A stretch of 50,263 nucleotides of DNA from Candidatus Scalinduaceae bacterium (lineage in GTDB: Bacteria > Planctomycetota > Brocadiia > Brocadiales > Scalinduaceae): positions 1 to 50,263 of the forward strand of contig JBHICG010000019.1 of the NCBI GenBank assembly GCA_046759445.1, in the 5' to 3' direction. This document shows positions 1 to 9,882 of this stretch, one piece after another. The notes under the pieces are model-generated. The model searched no databases. It had not been told where the DNA came from and saw nothing but the letters and a program-made list of their open reading frames with translations. Every line of letters begins with the position of its first letter. Position 1 is the first letter of the stretch. A program made the position numbers and the translations under genes.

Positions 1-46
1 TTCAGAGATAGAGAGTAGTGAATCTAATCCTCCAAATGCTGAAAAT

Positions 47-451
47 TTGTGTTTATTGGATTTTTTTTCATTATTAGATTTTTTTGCCTTGAATAAACGG
101 CCGGGTGTATTATCTTCGCGTTACTGTGGTGTTGATACCAGTTATGAGGAAAAATATTCAAAATTGCTTGAGGAATTAAGGGGGGTCTCTTTTGATAAAA
201 GAACCGCTAGTTTTCGTTGCGCGATAGCCTTAGCTGAACCAAACAGGTTGTTATTTGTTGTGGAAGCGAGTTGTGATGGCTATATTTATACTGAACCTCG
301 TGGAAAACATGGCTTTGGATACGATCCAGTGTTTTATGTGCCAAAATATAAAAAAACATTAGCAGAATTGGAACCTGAGGTAAAGAACCAAATTAGTCAT
401 AGGGCTTTGGCATTAAGGCTTTTCAGGAAAAAACTGAAGGAATTGGTTTAA
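47..451 (+). CDS. rdgB: Non-canonical purine NTP pyrophosphatase (RdgB/HAM1), 5'-incomplete
   Basis: ALNKRPGVLSSRY, GFGYDPVF and KNQISHRALA (SHR motif) are HAM1 signatures; the N-terminal part with DDSGL is absent. Confidence 0.85.
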   Translation: MCLLDFFSLLDFFALNKRPGVLSSRYCGVDTSYEEKYSKLLEELRGVSFDKRTASFRCAIALAEPNRLLFVVEASCDGYIYTEPRGKHGFGYDPVFYVPKYKKTLAELEPEVKNQISHRALALRLFRKKLKELV

Positions 452-497
452 AAGATTCTTATGTGACCTACATGTAAGGGTTTTATTTTAAAGGAAT

Positions 498-616
498 TAA
501 AGGAGACAGGCTACTTTTTAACATGTGGTACATAAGACCTATACCGTCAGATAAACCTCTCGGAACTCTTAGTATCAATAAATCCTTTACAAGTAAAAAG
601 TAGCCTGTCCCCTTTA
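498..616. mobile_element. RAYT-derived MITE/REPIN-like element
   Basis: 23-bp inverted repeats taaaggagacaggctacttttta (498-520) / taaaaagtagcctgtccccttta (594-616), 1 mismatch; the minus-strand interior reads RVPRGLSDGIGLMYHML, like a RAYT N-terminus. Confidence 0.7.
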
Positions 617-629
617 TCAACTTCAACTT

Positions 630-2426
630 ATGGATATCAATCTGATACGTAATTTTTGCATAATAGCACATATAGATCATGGAAAATCCACTTTGGCTGA
701 TCGTCTTCTGCAAAAGGCGAATGCCATTAGTCCGAGGAAATTTCGTGACCAGATGTTAGATAATATGGAGTTGGAAAGGGAAAGGGGTATTACCATAAAG
801 GCAAGTGCAGTTGCTTTGGATTATAAGAAAAATGGAAAGACATACAATCTTAATCTGATAGATACTCCTGGGCATGTTGATTTCAGTTACGAGGTGTCAC
901 GAAGTCTTAGTGCTTGTGAAGGTGCACTGCTCCTGGTTGATGCCGCGCAGGGGATTGAAGCACAGACTATAACCAATGCATATCTCGCAATCGAAAAGAA
1001 CCTTGAAATTATACCTGTTTTAAACAAGATAGACCTTAAGCATGCTCGGTCTCAGGAAGTTATTGAGGAAATGGATAATATCCTTGGTATAAGGAGTGAA
1101 GATGTTATCCAGATAAGTGCAAAAACAGGTCTTGGAATAGATGATATTTTCAATGCCGTAATAACAAAGATACCAACACCTAAAGGTGACTCCGCTGCCC
1201 CATTGAGAGCCTTAATCTTTGATTCAGTTTATGATGATTATCGTGGCGTGATTATTTATATGCGTGTATTTGACGGTACTGTCAAGAATGGCGACAATAT
1301 TTTTATGATAAAGTCTGAAAGGTCATTTGAAGTTACTGAGTTAGGTCTGTTAAGGCCGGAAATGACACCCGTCGAAGTTTTAAGGGCAGGTAATGTGGGT
1401 TATTGTATTGCAAACATAAAGTCACTACATGACGTCCATATTGGTGATACTGTAACCATGACAAAGCGCAGGACAAAGATTCCCCTGCCAGGTTATCGTA
1501 AACCTCTTCCTATGGTTTATTGTGGTTTATTTCCTGCTAACAATGTTGATTTCAAACCTTTAAGGGATGCAGTTGAGAAACTATGGCTTAATGATTCTTC
1601 TTTTTCTTATGCGCCAGAGACTTCTCAGGCATTGGGATTCGGTTTTAGATGTGGATTCCTTGGTCTTTTACACATGGAGATTGTCCAGGAACGACTCGAA
1701 AGAGAAAGCAACGTAGACATAGTACAAACCGCGCCTACGGTAACATATGAAATATTGACTCATGATGGTGATGTGATAATGGTTGACAATCCAGAAAAAT
1801 TACCTCCAGTAAGTAAGATAAATGAATTTCGTGAACCCATGGTTAATGCCAAGATAATTCTTCCTTCAGAATATATTGGAGTAATTATGCAATTGATTGA
1901 AGAAAGAAGGGCTAAATATAAAAGCACAGAGTACTTGAGTGAAAAGCGTGTTATTCTCACGTATGACATCCCATTGGGAGAAATTATCTTCGACTTTTAT
2001 GATAAACTGAAATCCTTAACAAGGGGTTTTGCAACTTTAGACTATGAGTTTATTGGCTATGTGCCAGAAGACCTTGTAAAGCTGGATATACTGGTTGCAG
2101 GAGAGAGAGTAGATGCCCTTTCATGTATTACCCACAGGCAAAAAGCAGAGGCTAAAGGTAGAAAATTAGTGATGAAATTAAAGAAAGAGATATCCCGGCA
2201 TCTATTTGAGATCCCAATCCAGTCTGCTATTGGAAGCAGAGTTATTGCAAGAGAGACAATTCGGCCGATTTCGAAAAATGTTACTGCAAAGTGTTATGGT
2301 GGAGACGTTACCAGGAAACGCAAGCTTCTTGAAAAACAGAAAGAGGGTAAGAAGAGAATGAAGAGTATCGGAAGGGTTGAAATTTCACAAAAGGCGTTTT
2401 TATCCGTATTATCAACTGATGCGTAA
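630..2426 (+). CDS. lepA: Elongation factor 4 (LepA)
   Basis: IRNFCIIAHIDHGKSTLADRL, DTPGHVDF, C-terminal KCYGGDVTRKRKLLEKQKEGKKRMK. Confidence 0.99.
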   Translation: MDINLIRNFCIIAHIDHGKSTLADRLLQKANAISPRKFRDQMLDNMELERERGITIKASAVALDYKKNGKTYNLNLIDTPGHVDFSYEVSRSLSACEGALLLVDAAQGIEAQTITNAYLAIEKNLEIIPVLNKIDLKHARSQEVIEEMDNILGIRSEDVIQISAKTGLGIDDIFNAVITKIPTPKGDSAAPLRALIFDSVYDDYRGVIIYMRVFDGTVKNGDNIFMIKSERSFEVTELGLLRPEMTPVEVLRAGNVGYCIANIKSLHDVHIGDTVTMTKRRTKIPLPGYRKPLPMVYCGLFPANNVDFKPLRDAVEKLWLNDSSFSYAPETSQALGFGFRCGFLGLLHMEIVQERLERESNVDIVQTAPTVTYEILTHDGDVIMVDNPEKLPPVSKINEFREPMVNAKIILPSEYIGVIMQLIEERRAKYKSTEYLSEKRVILTYDIPLGEIIFDFYDKLKSLTRGFATLDYEFIGYVPEDLVKLDILVAGERVDALSCITHRQKAEAKGRKLVMKLKKEISRHLFEIPIQSAIGSRVIARETIRPISKNVTAKCYGGDVTRKRKLLEKQKEGKKRMKSIGRVEISQKAFLSVLSTDA

Positions 2427-2491
2427 ATAATGTGATTTTGATTCCTGGTCACTTATCTCTGTAGGAAAGATTATGACTCAGTTAAAATATA

Positions 2492-3994
2492 ATGAAACAA
2501 CAGAATGAAAAAGTGGTATTAAAAAAGAAAAAGGTTAAGAAAAAAAAGGGTTTTGTTCGTGAAAACCTCGAGTCTATTATAATTGCAATAGCCCTCGCTC
2601 TTGTGTTGAGAATCTTCGTCGTCGAGGCATTTAAAATTCCTACGGGGTCAATGTCACCAACATTACTGGGGCAGCATAAGGTTGTTAAATGTCCTAACTG
2701 TAACTGGAAATTCGAATGTGATCAAAGTGTAAATTATGTAATATGCTCAAATTGCTTCTATAAAATACGAATATCTGGACACATGAGAAGAGGCGGAAAC
2801 AGGATACTCGTAAATAAGTTTATATATGATTTTGGCAAACCAAAAAGGTGGGACGTTGTTGTCTTTAAGTATCCATTTAATGATGTTATCTGTTTAGCAT
2901 GTGGCTATGCTTCCCAGAAATCAATGATATGTGAAAAGTGTTCCACGACGGAAAAAAGTGAGAATTATCTTAAAAGTAAAATTAACAGTATAAAAGGTTT
3001 TTTTGGTATAACACAGTACCATAGAACAAAATGTAAGATTTGTAATATCGATGAGGCTATTGTTTGTGATCAATGCGGTTCTACAAATGTTCGTTCAGTT
3101 CGAAAAAATTACATTAAACGTATGATCGGTTTACCAGGAGAAAAACTTAATATTACAAATGGGGATATTTATGTCAATAACAAGATTCAGAGAAAGCCGG
3201 AAAAAGTGCAGGATGAGCTTTGGGTACAGGTTTTTGATAGCAATTATCCAGAAAAACAGAAAATTGTTAAAAATTGGGAATCAGAAAACGATTTCTGGAA
3301 TATCGAAAAAAGAAAGATGCATTTGAAATTGCCAAAAGGTCATACGCAAGCAACTTATGCGACATTTTCCAGAGAAATTACAGATTATAATGTTTACAGT
3401 GGTAGAATTACTAATACAATAAGTGGTGACATAATGATAGAATTTGATGTTGTAACATCAAGAAATAATGGAGGTATTTCTCTTGTACTAGAACAAGAAG
3501 AAAAAACGATTGAAGTTTTTATAAGTGCAAGAGACGAGAAAAAGGAATCGTATCTTAAGGTATCAGATTTGGTAATTGCAAACAGTGCTAAAACATTTAT
3601 AGAATCAGAAAAAGAGTATAAAATTAAATTTGCAAATGTAGATAAAAGAGTTACTCTGAAAATAAATAATTCTGTGATTTTTTCACATGACTACGACTCT
3701 GATTCATTACCATCTGATAATTATACGCGATATAGTAAATTGAGCATTGGTGGTATAGATACCGAGGCAGTCTTTAAGAACGTTTCTATTTTTCGTGATG
3801 TTTACTATTCACACACTGGAGAGTGGGGAACCTTAAGACCTGTCGAAACAGGTGAAAAGGAATATTTTGTTCTTGGTGATAATAGTAGAAACAGTAATGA
3901 TAGCAGATTTTGGAAGTTTGTTCCAGAAAGCAACTTAGTAGGAAAAGCCTTTATGGTATTTTGGCCATTGAGAAAAATTAAACTTGTTAAGTAA
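2492..3994 (+). CDS. lepB: Signal peptidase I with Cys-rich and large beta-rich insertions
   Basis: TM followed by IPTGSMSPTL (catalytic Ser), YIKRMIGLPG (Lys), GDNSRNSNDSRFW; follows lepA. Confidence 0.93.
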   Translation: MKQQNEKVVLKKKKVKKKKGFVRENLESIIIAIALALVLRIFVVEAFKIPTGSMSPTLLGQHKVVKCPNCNWKFECDQSVNYVICSNCFYKIRISGHMRRGGNRILVNKFIYDFGKPKRWDVVVFKYPFNDVICLACGYASQKSMICEKCSTTEKSENYLKSKINSIKGFFGITQYHRTKCKICNIDEAIVCDQCGSTNVRSVRKNYIKRMIGLPGEKLNITNGDIYVNNKIQRKPEKVQDELWVQVFDSNYPEKQKIVKNWESENDFWNIEKRKMHLKLPKGHTQATYATFSREITDYNVYSGRITNTISGDIMIEFDVVTSRNNGGISLVLEQEEKTIEVFISARDEKKESYLKVSDLVIANSAKTFIESEKEYKIKFANVDKRVTLKINNSVIFSHDYDSDSLPSDNYTRYSKLSIGGIDTEAVFKNVSIFRDVYYSHTGEWGTLRPVETGEKEYFVLGDNSRNSNDSRFWKFVPESNLVGKAFMVFWPLRKIKLVK

Positions 3995-4008
3995 CCTTAA
4001 GAGTTAAC

Positions 4009-4809
4009 ATGAAACTGTTACAGGCAATTGAATTGACTAAAGTATATGGCAAAAGAAAGGCCGTTGATCATCTCAGCTTTGAAGTTAATTCAGGTGAGAT
4101 AGCAGGTCTTTTAGGGCAAAATGGCGCTGGAAAGAGTACGGCTTTTGCAATGGCAATCGGTATGCTTAGGCCAAATTATGGTAAAGTGTTCTTTCGTGGC
4201 GAGGATATTACAGATTTGCCAATATACATGCGTGCACGGTTAGGAATGGGTTATCTTTCCCAGGAACCTTCTGTTTTTCAACGCTTAACCGTTGAGGAAA
4301 ACATACTGGCAATATTAGAAACACTTAAATTTAAGCATAGAGACAGGAAGAAAAGATTGAATCAGCTCTTGGGAGAATTAGGGTTAATGCATTTATCTAA
4401 GAAAAAAGCCTATACTCTTTCAGGTGGTGAAAGGAGACGTCTTGAGATTGCAAGGGCAATGTCAACCTCACCCTCATTGATACTCCTGGATGAACCATTT
4501 TCATTTATTGATCCCATTGCTGTCGCAGAGTTACAGGATATTGTTTTGAGCTTGAAAGAAAGAGGTATTGGTATATTATTAACAGATCATAATGTGAGGG
4601 AAGCCTTGAGTATAACGGATCATTCTTATGTTATTAATGAAGGATCTATTATTACTAGTGGCACTACACAAGAGATACTTAATGACCCGTTGGCGAGAAA
4701 ATCGTATCTTGGAGAAAACTTTCTGAGTAAAGACGTAAGAACGCCAGGTGCTTTTAAAGGTTATGCTGGGAAAACAGAAAAAGAGAAAAATAAACAAAAG
4801 GTTGTGTAG
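4009..4809 (+). CDS. lptB: LPS export ABC transporter ATP-binding protein
   Basis: GQNGAGKST, RARLGMGYLSQEPSVFQRLTVEEN, LSGGERRRLEIAR, LLTDHNVRE, YLGENF. Confidence 0.92.
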   Translation: MKLLQAIELTKVYGKRKAVDHLSFEVNSGEIAGLLGQNGAGKSTAFAMAIGMLRPNYGKVFFRGEDITDLPIYMRARLGMGYLSQEPSVFQRLTVEENILAILETLKFKHRDRKKRLNQLLGELGLMHLSKKKAYTLSGGERRRLEIARAMSTSPSLILLDEPFSFIDPIAVAELQDIVLSLKERGIGILLTDHNVREALSITDHSYVINEGSIITSGTTQEILNDPLARKSYLGENFLSKDVRTPGAFKGYAGKTEKEKNKQKVV

Positions 4810-4826
4810 GTTTTAAGACGTCAAAC

Positions 4827-5042
4827 ATGGCTGATTTCGGTAGATTGTTTATTTTTATTGGAATTTTGCTTGTTGTAATTGGATTTTTTCTGATTTTAGG
4901 AAACAAGATACCTTTTATTGGTAAGTTGCCTGGTGATATATCAATAGAGAAAAATAATTTTAGCTTCTATTTTCCTATTACAACTTGCATAATTATTAGT
5001 ATTATCCTGTCACTTATCTTTTGGTTCTTTAGCAAACGATGA
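4827..5042 (+). CDS. Small two-TM protein, DUF2905 family
   Basis: GKLPGDI and FYFPITTCIIIS motifs. Confidence 0.85.
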   Translation: MADFGRLFIFIGILLVVIGFFLILGNKIPFIGKLPGDISIEKNNFSFYFPITTCIIISIILSLIFWFFSKR

Positions 5043-5126
5043 AGTTCTTCGTATTTCTATAACTTATCTTTTCGCAATTCTATTATATTCAAGCAGATTG
5101 TACACGAAGTGGATTATGCTCTTGGG

Positions 5127-6026
5127 CTATATAAAAATATCTACAATTGTTACAATCATCAATATTATACTTATCAATCCATTAACAGTAAAAAAGGCCA
5201 TATTTATGTTTGATAAATCATGAGGTTTTATAAGTGAATGTTCATAAAATAACATTATTCCAACGAAACATACTCCTGCAATATAAATAAAGCCAAGGTC
5301 TGTAAATTGCATGAAAAATATCAAAACAATTACCGTAAGGCAATGTAATATAGAGGATAGTTTTAGTGAATTTTCTAATCCCATTTTCTTAGGCAAAGAA
5401 TACAATCCCGTTTTTATGTCATGTTGCAAATCCTGACATGAATAAATAATATCGAAGCCTGTTGTCCATAATAAAACTGCTAATGCCAGAATGAAAGGAG
5501 CAAGGTCAAATTCTCCTTTTATACCAATCCAGGCACCTATAGGTGATAACGCAAGCGACAATCCCAAAACAAAATGTGATAAATTAGTAAATCTTTTAGT
5601 GTATGAATACCCAAATATTATTAAAAGAGCCAATGGAGAGAGGGATAAAGATAACCGATTAAGCCCACCGCAAATAACAACAAATAAGATTGTACAAAGG
5701 ATTGTGAAAATCCAGAGATTTGGCTTTCCAATAAGTTTCTGGAGTTGAATACGGTAATCAGTTCTAGGATTATGAATATCATATTTGGCATCAATAAGCC
5801 TGTTGAAGGACATTGCACAACTACGTGCCATGACTAGTGCACACAAAATTAAGAGGAGTTGTCTTATATTTGGCAAACCACCAGCCGCAACGAACGCACT
5901 CATTACGGCAAATGGCAATGAAAAAATAGTATGAGAGAATTTTGTTAATCTTAAGATTGAAGAAAATTTTTGCAGTATGTTTTGATTGGATTTATTTATG
6001 CTATTTTCATTTTCTGAATATTGCAT
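5127..6026 (-). CDS. ubiA: UbiA-family prenyltransferase (MqnP-like)
   Basis: ARSCAMSFNRLIDAKYDIHNPRT, YSYTKRFT, GFDIIYSCQD Asp-rich motifs; multi-TM. Confidence 0.88.
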   Translation of the reverse strand: MQYSENENSINKSNQNILQKFSSILRLTKFSHTIFSLPFAVMSAFVAAGGLPNIRQLLLILCALVMARSCAMSFNRLIDAKYDIHNPRTDYRIQLQKLIGKPNLWIFTILCTILFVVICGGLNRLSLSLSPLALLIIFGYSYTKRFTNLSHFVLGLSLALSPIGAWIGIKGEFDLAPFILALAVLLWTTGFDIIYSCQDLQHDIKTGLYSLPKKMGLENSLKLSSILHCLTVIVLIFFMQFTDLGFIYIAGVCFVGIMLFYEHSLIKPHDLSNINMAFFTVNGLISIILMIVTIVDIFI

Positions 6027-6153
6027 TTTGCCTTTTGATTTTATGATGAAATTTCACTGTGTACCTGAAAAACCTGGGAATTAATAATATTTATACTTAA
6101 ATTGGTAAGTATTCTATACTAATCGTGTATGTCTACCGCATGTTGTTGAAAAT

Positions 6154-7482
6154 TTATATATCTTTCAAAAGTCTGTTTGCAGAGGATTTCTCAATTGTAT
6201 TACTAAATGCTTGTAACGTTTCTGATAATGCCTTTAGTTCATTAGTCTGTGCAACTGGTATGTTATCGATTCCTCTTTCTTCTAAAGCATCAATGATGTA
6301 TTTTATGGTAAGTATATTAATAGTACGGGCTGGTTGATAAGCTAACTCTTTATCCTCTCGTGTATTAGTTTCAGAAATAATTCCACTCTCAACTAATTCA
6401 AAAAGTATCATTTGCACTAAACGAACTGGAATTTCTAAGGTATGTGAAATCTGGACAGCAGTTAAAGGTTTATGTCCTTTAGAAAAATTTTTTATTAATA
6501 AATGGGCTATTTGTAGAGAATGTAGTTTTTTGAATGAATAACTTACCTGTAAGCAATCTGGTCCGTATTCATACATATTTACATTTTGATGATTAAAAGA
6601 AATTTCCGCTCCAAAAAGAACTATCAGCCAACTAAGCTGTAACCATACTAAAAACAAGGGTAGTGCGGCAAAGCTTCCATAAATTGCATTATTTTGTGCT
6701 ACTCCAACCTGAAATGAGATATATGCCCATTGTGTAATCTGGTAGCCTGTCCCAGCAATTATTCCAGCTAATAAGCCAGATTTAAAATTGACCTTGGTGT
6801 TAGGCATAAAAATATAGATAAAAGCAAAAGCTCCCCAGATCACACAATAAGGTAATAATTTGAGAAAGAAAAATATGAGGGAGCTAAAGACTCCCAACAA
6901 CGCGAATCTTTCAGTTATATGAGTAATCTGAGTAGCTATGAATACCGTAATACTGCTAGATAAAATTACAAGTATAGGACAAATAAGCATTATTGAGAGA
7001 TAATCACTTAATTTGTTTCTAATGGTTCGTGGTTTTTTTATTTTCCAGATGTCATTAAACGAACTTTCGATGTTGCTTAATAATTTTATCACTATCCAAA
7101 AAAGAGCTGCTACACCTATACCAGCTATCATTCCCCCTTTTGTTTCTTCAAGAAGTGAATGAGAAAAGCTCATAACCTGCATGAACACTTCTTCTTGACC
7201 GGGGAATTTTTCTAATAGCTGTTTTTCAAGATGTTTTTCAAATCCAAAACCCTTAGCCACTCCAAATGCCATGGCGAATACTGGGACGATGGAAAGCAAA
7301 GAGTATAAGGTGAGAGCTGATGCCTTTAACCGACATTTGTCTGTAATAAATCCACGTGAAGCTAAAAGAGTAACCCTTAATAATTTAATGAAAAATGTTT
7401 TAGTGTAAGAAAGTTTTTCTAAGCGAATTTGCCAAATGTCAGTTTTAATAAAATTAATAATATTTGATACCATAATTATCAC
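6154..7482 (-). CDS. YihY/BrkB-family membrane protein with C-terminal winged-HTH extension
   Basis: ASALTLYSLLSIVP, IYGSFAALPLFLVWLQLSWLIVLFGAEI; C-terminal HTH-like segment. Confidence 0.88.
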   Translation of the reverse strand: MIIMVSNIINFIKTDIWQIRLEKLSYTKTFFIKLLRVTLLASRGFITDKCRLKASALTLYSLLSIVPVFAMAFGVAKGFGFEKHLEKQLLEKFPGQEEVFMQVMSFSHSLLEETKGGMIAGIGVAALFWIVIKLLSNIESSFNDIWKIKKPRTIRNKLSDYLSIMLICPILVILSSSITVFIATQITHITERFALLGVFSSLIFFFLKLLPYCVIWGAFAFIYIFMPNTKVNFKSGLLAGIIAGTGYQITQWAYISFQVGVAQNNAIYGSFAALPLFLVWLQLSWLIVLFGAEISFNHQNVNMYEYGPDCLQVSYSFKKLHSLQIAHLLIKNFSKGHKPLTAVQISHTLEIPVRLVQMILFELVESGIISETNTREDKELAYQPARTINILTIKYIIDALEERGIDNIPVAQTNELKALSETLQAFSNTIEKSSANRLLKDI

Positions 7483-7670
7483 AACCTGGACAACCAGAAA
7501 ATAACAGTGCTTGGTTTATACACTCAATTTGCTTGTAAATAAAATTCTGCAATAAATTCTATTTTTAATGTTATGCCCTAATTTACCTTGAATGAACCTG
7601 TTCGTAAGAAATGATTTCATTATATTAAATATGGTATGATATGTTGTCAATGATTATAATTAGGAATCAA

Positions 7671-8054
7671 ATGGTAAAGAAAGCTGTACTAATATATGAC
7701 ACCAGGTGTAGTTTGTGCTGTGGATGTATGAGGTGGATTAAATTGCGTGAGATAAGGAAAGATACCTTTGAATTTATCCCATGCCAGTCTGATGAACACA
7801 GGAGACGATTCCCAGAAATAAGCGAAAAGAAATGTTTAGATGCCTTACACTTGGTGTTACCTGATGAGCGGATTCTGGTAGGTGACAAGTCAATACCAGA
7901 GATACTTAGTAGATTAAGATATTTTAGATGGTTGGCCATCTTATTTAAGATACCCATAATCCATTTGTTTTCTTACGCAGTCTATCGTTTTATAGCCAAC
8001 AACAGGTACATTATTTCACGAACCATATTGCCCCTGACCCAGGAAGACAAATAA
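7671..8054 (+). CDS. DCC-family thiol-disulfide oxidoreductase (DUF393)
   Basis: YDTRCSLC (DxxCxLC), YRFIANNRY; start moved to the ATG at 7671 after AGGA (ORF track start 7641). Confidence 0.82.
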   Translation: MVKKAVLIYDTRCSLCCGCMRWIKLREIRKDTFEFIPCQSDEHRRRFPEISEKKCLDALHLVLPDERILVGDKSIPEILSRLRYFRWLAILFKIPIIHLFSYAVYRFIANNRYIISRTILPLTQEDK

Positions 8055-8146
8055 ATTGGTTTTCAAATAATGGATGAAAAAAAGTCTTTCAAGTTATATT
8101 CCTTTTAATATCTTTTATTTAATGTTTAGGTTTTTTCCCCTATTGT

Positions 8147-8707
8147 TTAGTAGTCAATCCCAGGCTGGGGTTCGAAACCCTTTCTGTAAGCGTGTTTTAT
8201 TTCCTTAATTTCACTTGCCGTATCTGCCAGCTTAATCACTTGAGGATGCGCATCACGCCCTGTTAGAACGAGATGCATTAGGGTTGGTTTACGCTGAATG
8301 ATGTCTAAAACTTGTTCTAAATCAACGAGTCGCAGCTTTAGGGCATTGTTGATTTCGTCCAGAATGAGGATATCAATTAGACCTGATTCCATTTTTTTGT
8401 AGGCAAGTTGAATGGCATCCTGGGCATTTTTTCTGTGTTCTTTATAAGGGTAAGGATTTCCCTGAATACCGCAAAATCCTTTACCAGTAGGAATCAACTC
8501 AACTTCGCATTTCATCTTCTTTATACCATCCCATTCACCGGCATAGAGGTCACCCTTCATGAATTGAATAATACAAATCCTCATATTATGGCCACAAGCT
8601 CGAACAGCAATTCCAAGAGCGGTTGTGGTCTTTCCCTTGCCGTGACCGGTGATAACGACTACTAGCCCTTTCTTTTCTTTAGGTATCAATCGGGTTATTT
8701 CTGGCAT
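8147..8707 (-). CDS. cobO: Cob(I)yrinic acid a,c-diamide adenosyltransferase
   Basis: TGHGKGKTTTALG, IQFMKG, ILDEINNAL, VLTGR, GIDY; ATG at 8707 preceded by GGAGG. Confidence 0.93.
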   Translation of the reverse strand: MPEITRLIPKEKKGLVVVITGHGKGKTTTALGIAVRACGHNMRICIIQFMKGDLYAGEWDGIKKMKCEVELIPTGKGFCGIQGNPYPYKEHRKNAQDAIQLAYKKMESGLIDILILDEINNALKLRLVDLEQVLDIIQRKPTLMHLVLTGRDAHPQVIKLADTASEIKEIKHAYRKGFEPQPGIDY

Positions 8708-8944
8708 CTTAAACCTCCAGAACAAGAATAATCTATTTGAACACTTTAATCCAAATGTTGCACTCGTTCATTGCACATAGATGTATAAGAGTTGTGTAAT
8801 TATAATAAAAATGATTTAGTATTATTTCAATAATTATGTTTGTTGGTGATTGTTTATCAAAGTGGGGAGAATACTGAACGTGGAAGAGAGTTATTTGTTA
8901 TTATGTTGTTATTGCAGCATAAAGTAGTAATTGACCTTTATGTT

Positions 8945-9562
8945 CTATACTCCAGCTATTGAAAGAAAGTCATAGAGTTTCATTTGTGCTTCAGTATCCA
9001 TATTGATAAACTCAATACCAATGTTTACTTTGTCATTGTCTTTACAGATTATTCTGTGTTTTGCTGTTACGGCAAGTTCCTTTTCCACACCAGGTAACTG
9101 AAAATTTAAACAGATTTCATTGTTTATTTCCGCCGACTTTATGTCATTTTCTAATTTTGAAGTTTCTACAACGAATTGACATCCTTTCCTGCTGATATCT
9201 GTAATACTCCCCTCTATCATATTTTCTGCAATTATCATATTGGCAGGCAGAAAGCAATCAATTCTTATATTTTCACGAAGATTATAATCTTTAACTATCT
9301 TTGGGTACTCAATAAAGATTAATTTTGCAGGATTGATGATAACATCAATTATGTGAGACTGGAAACCAAATACACTACCTTTATGTATGTATCTGACAAA
9401 AATGTTGTTTCTTTTATTTATCAGGCTTGAAGCATTAAGGGCAGAATAAATAGGAGGCGTTTTGATTATTAGATACTTGCCATCCTCAATCCCGATCAGT
9501 TCACTTGCAAATCTTACCTTAGACTCTTTAATTTGGATTCTTAATGTTGTGCCAACTTTCAC
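8945..9562 (-). CDS. PilZ-domain protein (YcgR/flagellar-brake-like, c-di-GMP receptor)
   Basis: RENIR (RxxxR) and DISRKG (DxSxxG) motifs, N-terminal PilZN-like region. Confidence 0.85.
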   Translation of the reverse strand: MKVGTTLRIQIKESKVRFASELIGIEDGKYLIIKTPPIYSALNASSLINKRNNIFVRYIHKGSVFGFQSHIIDVIINPAKLIFIEYPKIVKDYNLRENIRIDCFLPANMIIAENMIEGSITDISRKGCQFVVETSKLENDIKSAEINNEICLNFQLPGVEKELAVTAKHRIICKDNDKVNIGIEFINMDTEAQMKLYDFLSIAGV

Positions 9563-9882
9563 AGATATACATACCTCTATTAATATGGTTGTTTCAAAGG
9601 CGCTTAATGTAGATTAAAATCTCTGAGTGCGGTTATAAAAATTACAGCATCAAAAAATTTATTTTTTGGGATGTTACTACAAAAAACAATCTATTTTGTC
9701 AAGAAGAAACGACAAGAATAAAGATATAGTATTTAATGATTCGTTCATGTGAGCCTTAAATTAATAATATATCCAATACCAGGTATTTGATAATTTGAAA
9801 GTTTTTTAGGAAATAACATTATTTTGTGGTATTTCTAAATAAGGGAACTAGTATATTTGTGATTTGGTTAAAGGTGGTTAAT

